A DNA stretch of 64,000 bases from Candidatus Omnitrophota bacterium (GCA_041652815.1 JBAZGN010000004.1:143890-207889), one strand, 5' to 3'; counted from the stretch's first letter, positions 46,083-55,552 are shown. Numbers and translations: made by a program. The notes: a model not told the origin generated them from the sequence alone.

Positions 46083-48260
46083 ATGACTTTATTTGCAGCC
46101 TCATCTTTATTAATATTTGTTACTAGTTTGAGTTTAGCAATTTTTTTATTATGGGATAAAGCTAGGCAAAAACTTAGAAGGATTCTAGCAATCTTTTGCC
46201 TTTTTGCTGTCATATGGGGTTGGGCCGGTTTTAAGTTGGCTGTTGCAGGCTCTATTGAAAAGGCGTTTTATTGGTGGCAGATAGGATATATCTGCATAAT
46301 CTTTACACCGGTTATATATTCTCACTTTGTTTTTACCTTTCTAAATTACCGCAAAAAATTTTTAATTTTTTCATTTTACAGCTTAGCGCTAATTTTCTTA
46401 TTGTTTACATTTCTATCAGAAAAACTATTTTTAGGCAATTTGCGTTTTTCCTTTGAACAAATTTATTGGGTTGATTGGGTAAAATATAAAAATCCGATAT
46501 GGCTGGTATTTTACATTTATTTTTATTGGATAATATTAGGATATTCATTTATGCTGCTCCTAAAAGAATTAAGATGTTCATCTGGATTGAAAAAAGAGCA
46601 GATTAAATATTTCATTCTTGGTTCAATGATGGGATGGCTAGGCGCTCACGGAGATTTCCTTCCTGTCTTTAGGATAGAAATATATCCATACTCCAATTTC
46701 CTAATTGTAATATATCCCGCTATTTGGGCCTACGCCATCCTGAAATACCGTCTCATGGACATCCGCGTTTTTATTTCTCGCGCCGTTACGTTTATAATAA
46801 GCTATACCTTTTTATTAGGCGTTCCTTTTTTCTTTGCTTACAGAATGTATCCAGTTTTATACCCTATATGGGGAAAGCATTGGTGGCTTGCACCGGTTGG
46901 CCTTATGACATTTTTTGCAACACTCGCTCCTTTAGCTTATGATCAAATACGAAGAGGGGTTGAGAATAGATTTTTAGCTGAACAAAAACGCTATCAAAAA
47001 TTATTACTTCAGGCAGCAAGCGGAATGGCAAGGGAACATAATTTAAATAGATTATCGAAGCTCATTGTGTATATTGTTAAAAGGATTGTTAAGATTGATT
47101 TTGCTGCAATTTTTCTTGAGGATAAAGAACATAAAACATATAGACTTAAGGCAATACGTGATTCTGGAGTAGGGGGCTATACTTTAGAGTTTGCTTATGA
47201 TACTGAGTTTATTAGATTTTTAAAAAATAACAAAGAGCCCTATTTATATGAAGAGCTTCCTCTTGGTGTGCAGAGTTCGCTAACTTTTCCAAAACGTATA
47301 AGTCTGATTTTACCGTCTTTGATTGAAGATAATCTTTTGGGTTTCGTGGTTCTGGGAGAAAAAAGCAATCGTGAACCATATTCAGAAGATGACATAAATG
47401 TATTTAAGATACTTACCAATCAGGCAGCGATGACTATCGAGAACTGTTTGTTTTTCGATGAATTTAAAAACGCGCAAGAAAAAATATTTACTGCGGAAAA
47501 ATTAGCTTCAATAGGCGGTATGGCTGACGGAGTTGCGCATCAGATAAAAAACCGGCTTAATCATTTTTCTATAGCATCAGGAGAACTCAAGTGCGAAATA
47601 GAAGATTTCATTTCTAAGCGCAAACCACTTGTTGAACAAAATCCTGATTTAGCTAAAACTTTTGAGTACGCTATTGAAATAGCCAATTCTTTGATAAAGA
47701 ATGTAAAGATGACAGATGGTATTGTAAGAGGCATATTAACTTATGCTCGTGTTGAAGAAAAAGAAACATTCTTTTCTCATTTTTCCCTGAAGGAAGTCAT
47801 CGATGCTGCACTTGAGTTGCTTAAGATAAAACATGAGCTTCAGGAATTTCCTTTGCAGATTGACTTAGATAATTGTGATATGATTTATGGTGTAAAAGCG
47901 CAGATTATGGAATCAATGTATAACATTCTCGACAACGGCTATGAGGCTAGTTTGGATAAGAAACATCATCTCTCAAGAGAGGAAAAGGAAAAATTTACGC
48001 CTTTGATTAAGCTTAAGCTTACAGAAGGAAGTAATAATTACCGTATTGAAATTTCCGATAATGGATCAGGCATTAAAGATGAAGCCAAACAAAAGATATT
48101 CGCCCCATTTTTTACCACAAAATCCTCCTACAAATCAGGAACCGGCATTGGTATGTATGTGGTTAGAAGAATTGTCGAAGAAAACCACAAAGGCCGAATC
48201 TGGTTCGAATCCGCCCATATGCAGGGAACAAAGTTCATAATCGAATTGCCGAAAAAATAA
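46083..48260 (+). CDS. sensor histidine kinase: N-terminal ~8-TM sensor module, GAF domain, HisKA, HATPase_c
   Basis: Polytopic N-terminus. GAF-like middle. H-box GGMADGVAHQIKNRLN. N/G boxes ISDNGSGI...FTTK...GTGIGMYVV. Confidence 0.8.
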   Translation: MTLFAASSLLIFVTSLSLAIFLLWDKARQKLRRILAIFCLFAVIWGWAGFKLAVAGSIEKAFYWWQIGYICIIFTPVIYSHFVFTFLNYRKKFLIFSFYSLALIFLLFTFLSEKLFLGNLRFSFEQIYWVDWVKYKNPIWLVFYIYFYWIILGYSFMLLLKELRCSSGLKKEQIKYFILGSMMGWLGAHGDFLPVFRIEIYPYSNFLIVIYPAIWAYAILKYRLMDIRVFISRAVTFIISYTFLLGVPFFFAYRMYPVLYPIWGKHWWLAPVGLMTFFATLAPLAYDQIRRGVENRFLAEQKRYQKLLLQAASGMAREHNLNRLSKLIVYIVKRIVKIDFAAIFLEDKEHKTYRLKAIRDSGVGGYTLEFAYDTEFIRFLKNNKEPYLYEELPLGVQSSLTFPKRISLILPSLIEDNLLGFVVLGEKSNREPYSEDDINVFKILTNQAAMTIENCLFFDEFKNAQEKIFTAEKLASIGGMADGVAHQIKNRLNHFSIASGELKCEIEDFISKRKPLVEQNPDLAKTFEYAIEIANSLIKNVKMTDGIVRGILTYARVEEKETFFSHFSLKEVIDAALELLKIKHELQEFPLQIDLDNCDMIYGVKAQIMESMYNILDNGYEASLDKKHHLSREEKEKFTPLIKLKLTEGSNNYRIEISDNGSGIKDEAKQKIFAPFFTTKSSYKSGTGIGMYVVRRIVEENHKGRIWFESAHMQGTKFIIELPKK

Positions 48261-48263
48261 GTA

Positions 48264-49883
48264 TTATTTAATTTGTGTGATTGGTATCTTTATCGTAACC
48301 TTTGTTCCCTTTATTTCACCACTTTCCACCCCAATCTCTCCCTTATGTTCCTTGATTATGCCATAGATAATTGACATACCTAAGCCGGTTCCTGTATCTT
48401 TGGTAGTGTAGAAAGGGTCAAAGATATGTTCTAAATCTTTCTTAGCAATACCTTTTCCAGTGTCACTGATGGTTAGTTCGATATAATCAGGGTTTGCTTT
48501 AGTTGCTACACTTAACTGCCCACCTTCTTTCATTGCATCAATTGCATTTAAAAATAAATTACAAAATACCTGCTGCATTTGATTCGGATCTATACTTAAA
48601 AGAGGGAGCGAGTTGTCATAATTCCTGACCAGTGCGATTTTATACTTAATAAGGCTATTGCTAAGCAGGGAAAGCGTCTGATCAATGACTTGATGGATAT
48701 TAACTTCGCGTAACTGTAGTGGCTTTGGCTTGGAGAAATCCAGGAGTTGCTGAACGATGTCGTTTATTTTGTTTACTTCCATGCTTACAATCTTATGAAA
48801 TTTCTCAACAAACTTAGGGTCAGTGTATTTCTCGGGCAGGTATTCAGTAAAAGTCTTAATGCCGGTTAAAGGATTTTTTATCTCATGTGCCATACCAGCA
48901 GCAAGAGTACCCACTGCCTTAAGACGTTCCGCGCGTTTTAATTCTTCTTGTGCTTTTTGAAGCTCGTCAGCTAGAGCTGCTTGGGAACCCTTGAAAAAGT
49001 ATTTATCAATAAAGGATTGGATGGCATTCTTCAAGGGCTGGAATAGTAAAGTAAATATAATCAAAAAACCTATAGTCAAGGATATAGATTTATAACCTAC
49101 GAATCCACGGAAAGAAGATTCTACGATGTAGATTAGAATAAAATAACTTACAGTAATTAATGTAACTAAAATCGAATAAACAGCAGTTCTTTTAATGACA
49201 ATGTTTATATCGAGCAAATGATGGCGGAGGATGGCGTAGGTAGCAATTCCTGCCCAGAGACTTCCGAGATAAGTTAAAAATGGCAAAAGGGGAACATTTA
49301 CGTCGTATCCTAGAAGAAAATTTCCGCTACCTCCTGCAAATCCAAGAAACGTGCTCCAAAATAAATATTTCAATTGATTTCGTCTTCCTCCTGATGAATT
49401 TATGTATGCCTCGAATAATTTGCGTAGAGAATATACAACGCAAATACTATAAAAGATAGCCAGAAAGTGATAAGCTAAACCCGGTATGGCAAAATATTTA
49501 ACATAAAATTTAGGTACCACATCTGCTACCATATATTTTGTTGGAGACAGGCCGATAAATATAATATTTAATAAATAAGCAAGGCGTATTGCCCAGCCTT
49601 TATTCTTGATTTGTAAAAACGAAATAGTGAAATGGAAGAAAAATGTTGATATAAAGAATACCCCGATTAAAAGTAAGTGTGCCCAAAAAAAAGCCGTTTG
49701 ATATTTATCGCAGGATATCAACCAAATTTGACTAAAACTCCACAAGAATACACTAAAAGAGTGCAAACCGTAAAGCTTATGGCTTTTCTCGGTGCCTTTA
49801 ACAAACAGAAAAATTCCAAAAAATAACGATACCAAAGCTTCAATCCATAAGGCAATAACAAAATTAATTAGTAAAGAGTTCAT
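48264..49883 (-). CDS. sensor histidine kinase with polytopic N-terminal sensor domain (tandem paralogue A)
   Basis: H-box LAAGMAHEIKNPLTGI. HATPase ISDTGKGI...FYTTK...GTGLGMSII. About 100 aa of the catalytic core are identical to the upstream paralogue. Confidence 0.8.
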   Translation of the reverse strand: MNSLLINFVIALWIEALVSLFFGIFLFVKGTEKSHKLYGLHSFSVFLWSFSQIWLISCDKYQTAFFWAHLLLIGVFFISTFFFHFTISFLQIKNKGWAIRLAYLLNIIFIGLSPTKYMVADVVPKFYVKYFAIPGLAYHFLAIFYSICVVYSLRKLFEAYINSSGGRRNQLKYLFWSTFLGFAGGSGNFLLGYDVNVPLLPFLTYLGSLWAGIATYAILRHHLLDINIVIKRTAVYSILVTLITVSYFILIYIVESSFRGFVGYKSISLTIGFLIIFTLLFQPLKNAIQSFIDKYFFKGSQAALADELQKAQEELKRAERLKAVGTLAAGMAHEIKNPLTGIKTFTEYLPEKYTDPKFVEKFHKIVSMEVNKINDIVQQLLDFSKPKPLQLREVNIHQVIDQTLSLLSNSLIKYKIALVRNYDNSLPLLSIDPNQMQQVFCNLFLNAIDAMKEGGQLSVATKANPDYIELTISDTGKGIAKKDLEHIFDPFYTTKDTGTGLGMSIIYGIIKEHKGEIGVESGEIKGTKVTIKIPITQIK

Positions 49884-51490
49884 GTGTTAAATGGTAATTT
49901 AATTATAAAACTTGTTCCTTTGTTTTCTTTAGATTCTACTTCAATAGTTCCCCTATGTTCCTTGATTATCCCATAGATAATTGACATACCTAAGCCGGTT
50001 CCGGTTTCTTTGGTGGTGTAGAAAGGATCGAAGATATGTTCCAGGTCTTTTTCAGAAATGCCTTTGCCGGTGTCGTTGACAGTTATTTCTGCGTAGTCAG
50101 GCATTGCTTTGGTAGCAACACTTAACTTACCGCCTCCTTTCATTGCCTCTATGGCATTGAGAAAGAGATTGCAGAATACTTGCTGCATCTGATTAGGGTC
50201 TATAGAAACAGAGGATAGAGAACTATCGTAATTCCTAATCAGTTTAATTTTATATTTGATAAAGCTATTGCTAAGCAGGGAAAGAGTTTGGTTAATGATT
50301 TTATGGATATTGGATTCCTGCAATTTTAACGGTTTTGGCTTGGAGAAATCTAAGAGCTGCTGGACAATATCGTTTATTTTGTTTACTTCCATACTTACTA
50401 TCTTATGAAACTTCTCAACAAACTTAGGGTCAGTGTATTTCTCAGGCAGGTATTCAGTAAAAGTCTTAATGCCGGTTAAAGGGTTTTTAATCTCATGTGC
50501 CATTCCTGCAGCTAAAGTACCTACTGCTTTAAGGCGCTCAGCGCGTTTTAACTCTTCCTGGGCTTTTTGGAGTTCATCCGCGAGAACAGCTTGGGAGGTT
50601 TTAAAGAAATATTTATCCACAAAAGACTGGATTAAATTCTTAAGTGGCTGGAATATTAAGATAAAAAGAGCAATAACACTCAACGTCCAGGGGACAGATT
50701 TATAACCTACAAAACCTCGGAAGAGCGATTCCATAATATATACGATAACAAAGTAAGCAATGGTAATCATGGTAACTAGAATAGAATAAACTGCAGTTTT
50801 CTTGATGGCGATATTTATATCGAGCAAATGGTGGCGGACGATGGCATAAGACATAATAGCTATATAAAGAATTACAAAAATGAATCCAAAAGGATAAAAT
50901 TCAACACCATAGTTTTGAATAAAATCAACAGCTGCAAAGGTATAAACAAACAAGGCTAACGGGATATATTTCATTTTTGTGTATTGATTGGAAGAGAGAT
51001 TTTTTCGTTCTTTTTGTATAAATATATATGATGTTAAAAAAATCCAAACAACAAGACATGTAAAAAATAATAAATAGATTGGATGTAAAGAAGATGCTTT
51101 TGGATAATAACCCCAATAATATTTATAATATCCTTGGATAAAATAATTGGTATCCCATAATAATAAAACGAAAAAGCAACCCAATAAATAAGCAGCTATA
51201 ATTATCTTTTTTTGTTTATTAGCAAAACCCAGAAAAATCGCATTGAAATGAAGCCCTGTAATCGCAAGGAATATCACCCCTGTGTATCCAATCTTTAACC
51301 ATACCGAGGCGATATCTATTTCTTTGAACTGATATGAAATAGCGTAAGATAGTAACCAGATAAAATTAAAAAAACCGAACAAGCCAAATATTTTATTTAT
51401 AAAAGCAGCTCTATCTTTAGCAAAAACAAATATACTCAATGAGATGACTAAAAACGCTGCAATAAAATATGGTATTGAATAAATGTTCAT
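49880..51490 (-). CDS. sensor histidine kinase with polytopic N-terminal sensor domain (tandem paralogue B)
   Basis: Same catalytic core as 48264-49883 (identical from LADELQKAQEELKRAERLKAVGTLAAGMAHEIKNPLTGIKTF... to ...DFSKPKPL). Divergent membrane sensor region. Confidence 0.8.
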   Translation of the reverse strand: MNIYSIPYFIAAFLVISLSIFVFAKDRAAFINKIFGLFGFFNFIWLLSYAISYQFKEIDIASVWLKIGYTGVIFLAITGLHFNAIFLGFANKQKKIIIAAYLLGCFFVLLLWDTNYFIQGYYKYYWGYYPKASSLHPIYLLFFTCLVVWIFLTSYIFIQKERKNLSSNQYTKMKYIPLALFVYTFAAVDFIQNYGVEFYPFGFIFVILYIAIMSYAIVRHHLLDINIAIKKTAVYSILVTMITIAYFVIVYIMESLFRGFVGYKSVPWTLSVIALFILIFQPLKNLIQSFVDKYFFKTSQAVLADELQKAQEELKRAERLKAVGTLAAGMAHEIKNPLTGIKTFTEYLPEKYTDPKFVEKFHKIVSMEVNKINDIVQQLLDFSKPKPLKLQESNIHKIINQTLSLLSNSFIKYKIKLIRNYDSSLSSVSIDPNQMQQVFCNLFLNAIEAMKGGGKLSVATKAMPDYAEITVNDTGKGISEKDLEHIFDPFYTTKETGTGLGMSIIYGIIKEHRGTIEVESKENKGTSFIIKLPFNT

Positions 51491-51692
51491 TGCATTTATA
51501 TGCCTTTAGTTAAAATAAAAGTGCTCATAGAAAACGAGGTTGTAGTCTCAACCAATGAGGCGATGATATAATTGAGGAGTAGGTAATTCATATAAATTAA
51601 GCAGCAAGCGTTAAGTAGCACGTTTCACGTAGCCTCGCCACCGTATAAAAACATTTAGGCGAGTCCACCTGGGGTGGAGGTAACACGTCTTT

Positions 51693-51735
51693 TAAAACGT
51701 GTTACGTGTTACTTGTTACGTGATACTATTTGGGG
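51693..51735. repeat. direct repeat copy 1 (GTTACGTGTTACTTGTTACGTGATACTAT), flanks the RR/4HB/XRE module with 53263-53305
   Basis: A 31 nt core is nearly identical to 53277-53307. A related reverse-oriented fragment lies at ~37700-37740. Confidence 0.6.
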
Positions 51736-52108
51736 ATTTTAAAACTTTCTGGACAGTTTCTTTTACTAAAGAAGATTCAAACGGTTTGGTAATGTATTCA
51801 AGGATGCCGTATTTACTTGCTTCAGCAGCCGTTTCAACGCTTTGGTATCCGGTAACCATAATCACTTTTATGTTTGGCTTTTTCTGGCGCAGTTCTTTTA
51901 GCGCTTCAAGTCCGTTCTTCTGGGGCATTTTTATATCCATAATGATTAAATCAGGGTTTGCTTTCTCAAGATAACGTAAAGCTTCGTTGCCATTGCCGGT
52001 AAAGGCCAGATTATAATCTTCGCCCAGGATAAGGTTTAATGATTCCCGGACGCCTTCTTCGTCATCGCAGATAAGGATTGTTTTTCTTTCATTCATAGTT
52101 ACCTCCAT
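51716..52108 (-). CDS. single-domain response regulator (CheY-like receiver)
   Basis: ILICDDEE acidic pocket. Phospho-acceptor Asp in LIIMDIKMP. T in IMVTGY. K in TKPF. 130 aa. The C-terminal 7 codons lie inside the direct repeat. Confidence 0.85.
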   Translation of the reverse strand: MEVTMNERKTILICDDEEGVRESLNLILGEDYNLAFTGNGNEALRYLEKANPDLIIMDIKMPQKNGLEALKELRQKKPNIKVIMVTGYQSVETAAEASKYGILEYITKPFESSLVKETVQKVLKSPNSIT

Positions 52109-52114
52109 GTTTCT

Positions 52115-52657
52115 GGTTGCGTTGAACGGTTGCGGTTACGCTGCTCGTTTCGTCATTCGTTTAACGGTTACGTTCGGCTTTCCGTTCCCCAAATTTATCC
52201 CAGGCAAGTGCCAGATTGTAACACTGTCTGCTAATTTTGTCATAAGCATCGATTAGTTTTTCGCATAATTTGATGTCAACAAAAGAAAAATATAGATCTT
52301 TGGCTTGAGTTAGAGAAACTATCGTTTCGTTAGATTCGGTCATTGCATCATCTAAATACTTTTGAAAACCTTTCCTTTGGTGCCTTTTAGAATGACCTTC
52401 GGCTATTAAACGAGGAATCGCTTTAACTGAGCGTCTAAGCTGATCAACCAAATCATATTTTTCTTCGCTCGGCAATTTGGGCAAAATATCCTTAAACGCT
52501 TCACACATTGCTTGGTAGCTACTTTGGTAAACCTCCAAATCCTGAAAACTTCGTATAGGCTTTTTATCTTCCATAATGTTTTAGATTTTTTTCACTACGT
52601 TTTACGATAAACGTAACCGATACTAGCCGCGCAACCGCAACCAATTGACGCAACCTT
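52115..52657. mobile_element. TIR family 1 element carrying a four-helix-bundle protein gene (543 bp), inserted between the XRE-cupin regulator and the response regulator
   Basis: Left arm GGTTGCGTTGAACGGTTGCGGTTACGCTGCTCGTTTCGTCATTCGT. Right arm AACGTAACCGATACTAGCCGCGCAACCGCAACCAATTGACGCAACC. Both match the empty hairpins at 26368-26503 and 30314-30420. Confidence 0.7.
52161..52574 (-). CDS. four-helix-bundle protein (23S rRNA intervening-sequence protein family)
   Basis: N-terminal IRSFQDLEVYQ...LPSEEKYDLVDQLRRSVKAIPRLIAEGHSKR matches the S23/IVS-protein signature (F.DL.VWQ...FPK.E.Y.L..QIRRAA.SI..NIAEG). The C-terminal codons are encoded inside the element arm. Confidence 0.85.
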   Translation of the reverse strand: MEDKKPIRSFQDLEVYQSSYQAMCEAFKDILPKLPSEEKYDLVDQLRRSVKAIPRLIAEGHSKRHQRKGFQKYLDDAMTESNETIVSLTQAKDLYFSFVDIKLCEKLIDAYDKISRQCYNLALAWDKFGERKAERNR

Positions 52658-53208
52658 TATAGAGCAACGGGTGTTACTACGCAAAGACACATTGCATCCC
52701 CTTTACCTATATTTTTAATGTAGTGCGGTTGAGAGGCATCAAAATAAAGAGTTGTGCCTTTTTCTAAAATCTCTTTATTTGTGCCAATTATAATTTCGAT
52801 TTTTCCACTTAAGACATAGATAAATTTTTCTGCGCCGAGTTTTAATTCTTCTTTATGGGTTTTTCCGCCGCGTTTTAGCTCAATAAGCACCGGCAGCATC
52901 TTTTTATTAAAAATATCTTTGGTTAAAATAGTGGAGGAAGCATCTTTGTTGTGGACAAACATATTGGCGCGATATTCTTGTTCTGGTTCGGTTTGGTTGG
53001 CTTTAAGTTTGTCTACTTCGCTGTAGAATTGTGGTAGTGTTAGGCCAAGGGCTTTGGCAATTTGCATATGCGATTCCAGAGTTCCGGTCATTTTCCCGGT
53101 TTCAATGCGGCTTAAGGTTGCGAGGGCAACATTACTTTTTTGCGAAAGCTCGGCCAAAGTCAGCCCCGCATCTTTACGTAAGTTTCTAATTACTGCGCCT
53201 ATATTCAT
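52657..53208 (-). CDS. XRE-family HTH transcriptional regulator with C-terminal cupin domain
   Basis: N-terminal HTH IRNLRKDAGLTLAELSQKSNVALATLSRIETGK. C-terminal cupin (GKTHKEEL...FIYVLSGKIEI...LYFDASQPHYIKNIG). Confidence 0.8.
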   Translation of the reverse strand: MNIGAVIRNLRKDAGLTLAELSQKSNVALATLSRIETGKMTGTLESHMQIAKALGLTLPQFYSEVDKLKANQTEPEQEYRANMFVHNKDASSTILTKDIFNKKMLPVLIELKRGGKTHKEELKLGAEKFIYVLSGKIEIIIGTNKEILEKGTTLYFDASQPHYIKNIGKGDAMCLCVVTPVAL

Positions 53209-53262
53209 TGTGTTATTTTTGTAAGTTAAAAAGTATCAAGTAACAGGTATCGCGCAGCGTGT

Positions 53263-53305
53263 TTTTAAAGACTTGTTACGTGTTACTTGCTACGTGATAC
53301 TATCT
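53263..53305. repeat. direct repeat copy 2 (GTTACGTGTTACTTGCTACGTGATACTAT)
   Basis: See 51693-51735. This copy gives rise to a spurious ORF beginning MLRVTCYVIL, as does copy 1. Confidence 0.6.
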
Positions 53306-53434
53306 AAGTATTACCAGTGTAACTTATTTTTGCTGAATAGTCAACTAAATTTTGTGAATAAGCAAATGTTTAAAGCCCTCAATTCAAAAGAGCAAATAAA
53401 AGTCTTTTTTCCCAAAACAAAATGCGATATACTG

Positions 53435-53480
53435 ATGGAGAGCTGTCAATCGTCAGCTTTCAGCTATCAGCAATTGACAG
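53435..53480. repeat. repeat family 3-related palindrome upstream of the heptosyltransferase gene
   Basis: GCTGTCAATCGTCAGCTTTCAGCTATCAGCAATTGACAGC: inverted GCTGTCAAT/ATTGACAGC arms enclosing the CGTCAGCTTTCAGCT module. Confidence 0.5.
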
Positions 53481-53493
53481 CAAATAATAATTT

Positions 53494-54576
53494 ATGGAAA
53501 TAAAAAAAGTACTAGTCTTTAATCCTTTTGGCATCGGAGATGTTTTATTCAGTACGCCGTTGGTGCGGAATTTGAAAGAAAACCTACTCGGCGTTTCTGT
53601 GCACTATCTTTGCAATAAGCGCGTTTACCCGTTGCTTAAGAACTATTCATTTCTTGATAAGGTATTTATTTTTGAAAAAGATGAGTGGAGGGATGCGCTA
53701 AAAAAATCAAAATTAGCGTTTCTTAAAAAAACGGTTTCCTTTTTCAGGGAGATAAAAAAAGAAAAATACGATGTTGTTTTCGACCTTTCTTTAAATTCTC
53801 AATACGGCTTTTTCCTAAAAATGAGCGGTATTAAAAAACGTATAGGTTTTAATTTTAAAAACAGAGGAAGGTTTCTCACAGATAAAATAGATATAACTTA
53901 TGGCTATAGCGATAAACACGTTGCAAGATATCATCTCGAGCTTCTCAAATTCCTGAATATTACACCAAAAGATTATAAGCTTGATTTGGTTCTTTCCAGA
54001 GAATCACTGCAAAGGGTAAAAGAAATTTTTGAAAAAAACAATATTTGCGAAAAAGATACGCTAATTGCCATTTGTCCTGGGTCAGGAGATAGCTGGCGCG
54101 ATACTGCTTATTTTAAGCGCTGGCCGCAGGAAAATTTTTTGAAACTTTGCGAAGAACTTAAGGAAGGTCTAAAAGTGAAAATATTGCTTTTTGGTTCTAA
54201 GGCTGAGATAGATGTATGTTCTTATATCGAAAGTGAGCTAAAAAACGATGTTATAAATTTGTGTGGAAAAATAGATTTGGAGGAATTCTGCACTGCTATT
54301 TCTTTATGTAACCTTATTGTTACTAATGACGGTGGGCCTTTTCATATTGCGCAGGCCCTGGGCAAAAAAGCAATAGTTTTGTTCGGCCCGGTAGATGAAA
54401 AAGTTTACGGCGCATACCCGGTAACAGATAATTGTGTAGTTTTCGCTAAGCACATTTCCTGCCGGCCGTGTTACAAATCTTTTCGTTTCAGCGGTTGTAA
54501 TATAGATAAACAATGCCTTAGGGGAATAAGTGTTGATGAAGTATTCCTTGCAGCAAAAACGCTTTTAAAACCCTAG
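53494..54576 (+). CDS. glycosyltransferase family 9 (ADP-heptose:LPS heptosyltransferase-like)
   Basis: N-terminal KVLVFNPFGIGDVLFSTPLVRNLK. C-terminal donor-binding region (ICPGSG...GNDGGPFHIAQALGKKAIVLFGP). 360 aa. Confidence 0.8.
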   Translation: MEIKKVLVFNPFGIGDVLFSTPLVRNLKENLLGVSVHYLCNKRVYPLLKNYSFLDKVFIFEKDEWRDALKKSKLAFLKKTVSFFREIKKEKYDVVFDLSLNSQYGFFLKMSGIKKRIGFNFKNRGRFLTDKIDITYGYSDKHVARYHLELLKFLNITPKDYKLDLVLSRESLQRVKEIFEKNNICEKDTLIAICPGSGDSWRDTAYFKRWPQENFLKLCEELKEGLKVKILLFGSKAEIDVCSYIESELKNDVINLCGKIDLEEFCTAISLCNLIVTNDGGPFHIAQALGKKAIVLFGPVDEKVYGAYPVTDNCVVFAKHISCRPCYKSFRFSGCNIDKQCLRGISVDEVFLAAKTLLKP

Positions 54577-54676
54577 AATCTAGGGCTAATTTTTCTTTAC
54601 AATCATACTTTCCGGTTGTATAATTTAAAATCTGTAAAGTATTAACGGGTTTTCTTAAAAGGATACGGAGGTTGAT

Positions 54677-55552
54677 GTGAAAGTTCTAAAATTAGGCATA
54701 CCAAAAGGAAGTTTACAGGAAAAAACTTTAGAGATTTTTAAAAATGGCGGGTTTAATATTTCTGTAGGTTCACGTTCCTACACGCCTTCCATCGATGATA
54801 TCGAAATAAAGCTAACGCTTTTACGCGCGCAGGAAATGTCGCGTTATGTTGCGGATGGGGTGCTGGATTGCGGCATAACCGGCGAGGATTGGATTCTTGA
54901 GAATAATTCAGATGTTATACGCGTTGATGAGCTTTTGTATGCCAAAAGAACCTTAAATTCTGTGCGTTGGGTGATTGCTGTACGTGATGACTCTAAGATA
55001 AAAAAACTAAAAGACTTAGAAGGAAAAAGAATAGCCACCGAGTTGGCGAATTACACTAAGAAATTTTTTAAGGAGCAAAAAATAAATGTCGAAGTAGAAT
55101 TTAGCTGGGGCGCAACAGAAGTAAAAGTTAAAACCGGATTGGTTGACGCAATAGTTGAGCTTACAGAAACCGGTGAAAGCTTACGCGCAAACGGCTTAAC
55201 GGAAATAGGCACTGTGTGTTCTTCGACAACCAAATTTATCGCAAATAAAGAAGCATACAAGGATGAATGGAAAAAGAAAAAAATTAACTACATACTGCTT
55301 CTTTTAAAGGGTGCGCTTGAAGCAAGAGATAAGGTTGGTTTAAAGCTTAATGTTAAGAAAGAAAATCTTCAGAAAATTTTATCAATACTCCCGGCGCTTA
55401 AGAAACCGACAATCTCATCTCTGACGCTCGAAGGATGGTATGCACTTGAAGTTATAATTGAAGAAAAAGAAGTAAGAAAGCTTCTGCCGCTTTTTAAAGA
55501 AAATGGGGCAGAGGGTATAATTGAATACCCCTTGAATAAGTTAATTTATTAG
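54677..55552 (+). CDS. hisG: ATP phosphoribosyltransferase, long form with C-terminal regulatory domain
   Basis: LKLGIPKGSL...RAQEMSRYVADGVLDCGITGEDWILE. 291 aa. GTG start preceded by GGAGG. Confidence 0.85.
   Translation: MKVLKLGIPKGSLQEKTLEIFKNGGFNISVGSRSYTPSIDDIEIKLTLLRAQEMSRYVADGVLDCGITGEDWILENNSDVIRVDELLYAKRTLNSVRWVIAVRDDSKIKKLKDLEGKRIATELANYTKKFFKEQKINVEVEFSWGATEVKVKTGLVDAIVELTETGESLRANGLTEIGTVCSSTTKFIANKEAYKDEWKKKKINYILLLLKGALEARDKVGLKLNVKKENLQKILSILPALKKPTISSLTLEGWYALEVIIEEKEVRKLLPLFKENGAEGIIEYPLNKLIY

Noticed and set aside
53273-53503. Six-frame ORFs beginning MLRVTCYVIL (also 51699-51974)
   Set aside because: Both begin inside the two copies of the same direct repeat, which explains the identical first 10 residues. 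The remainder is low-complexity, and 51699-51974 is antisense to the response-regulator gene. Treated as repeat artefacts.
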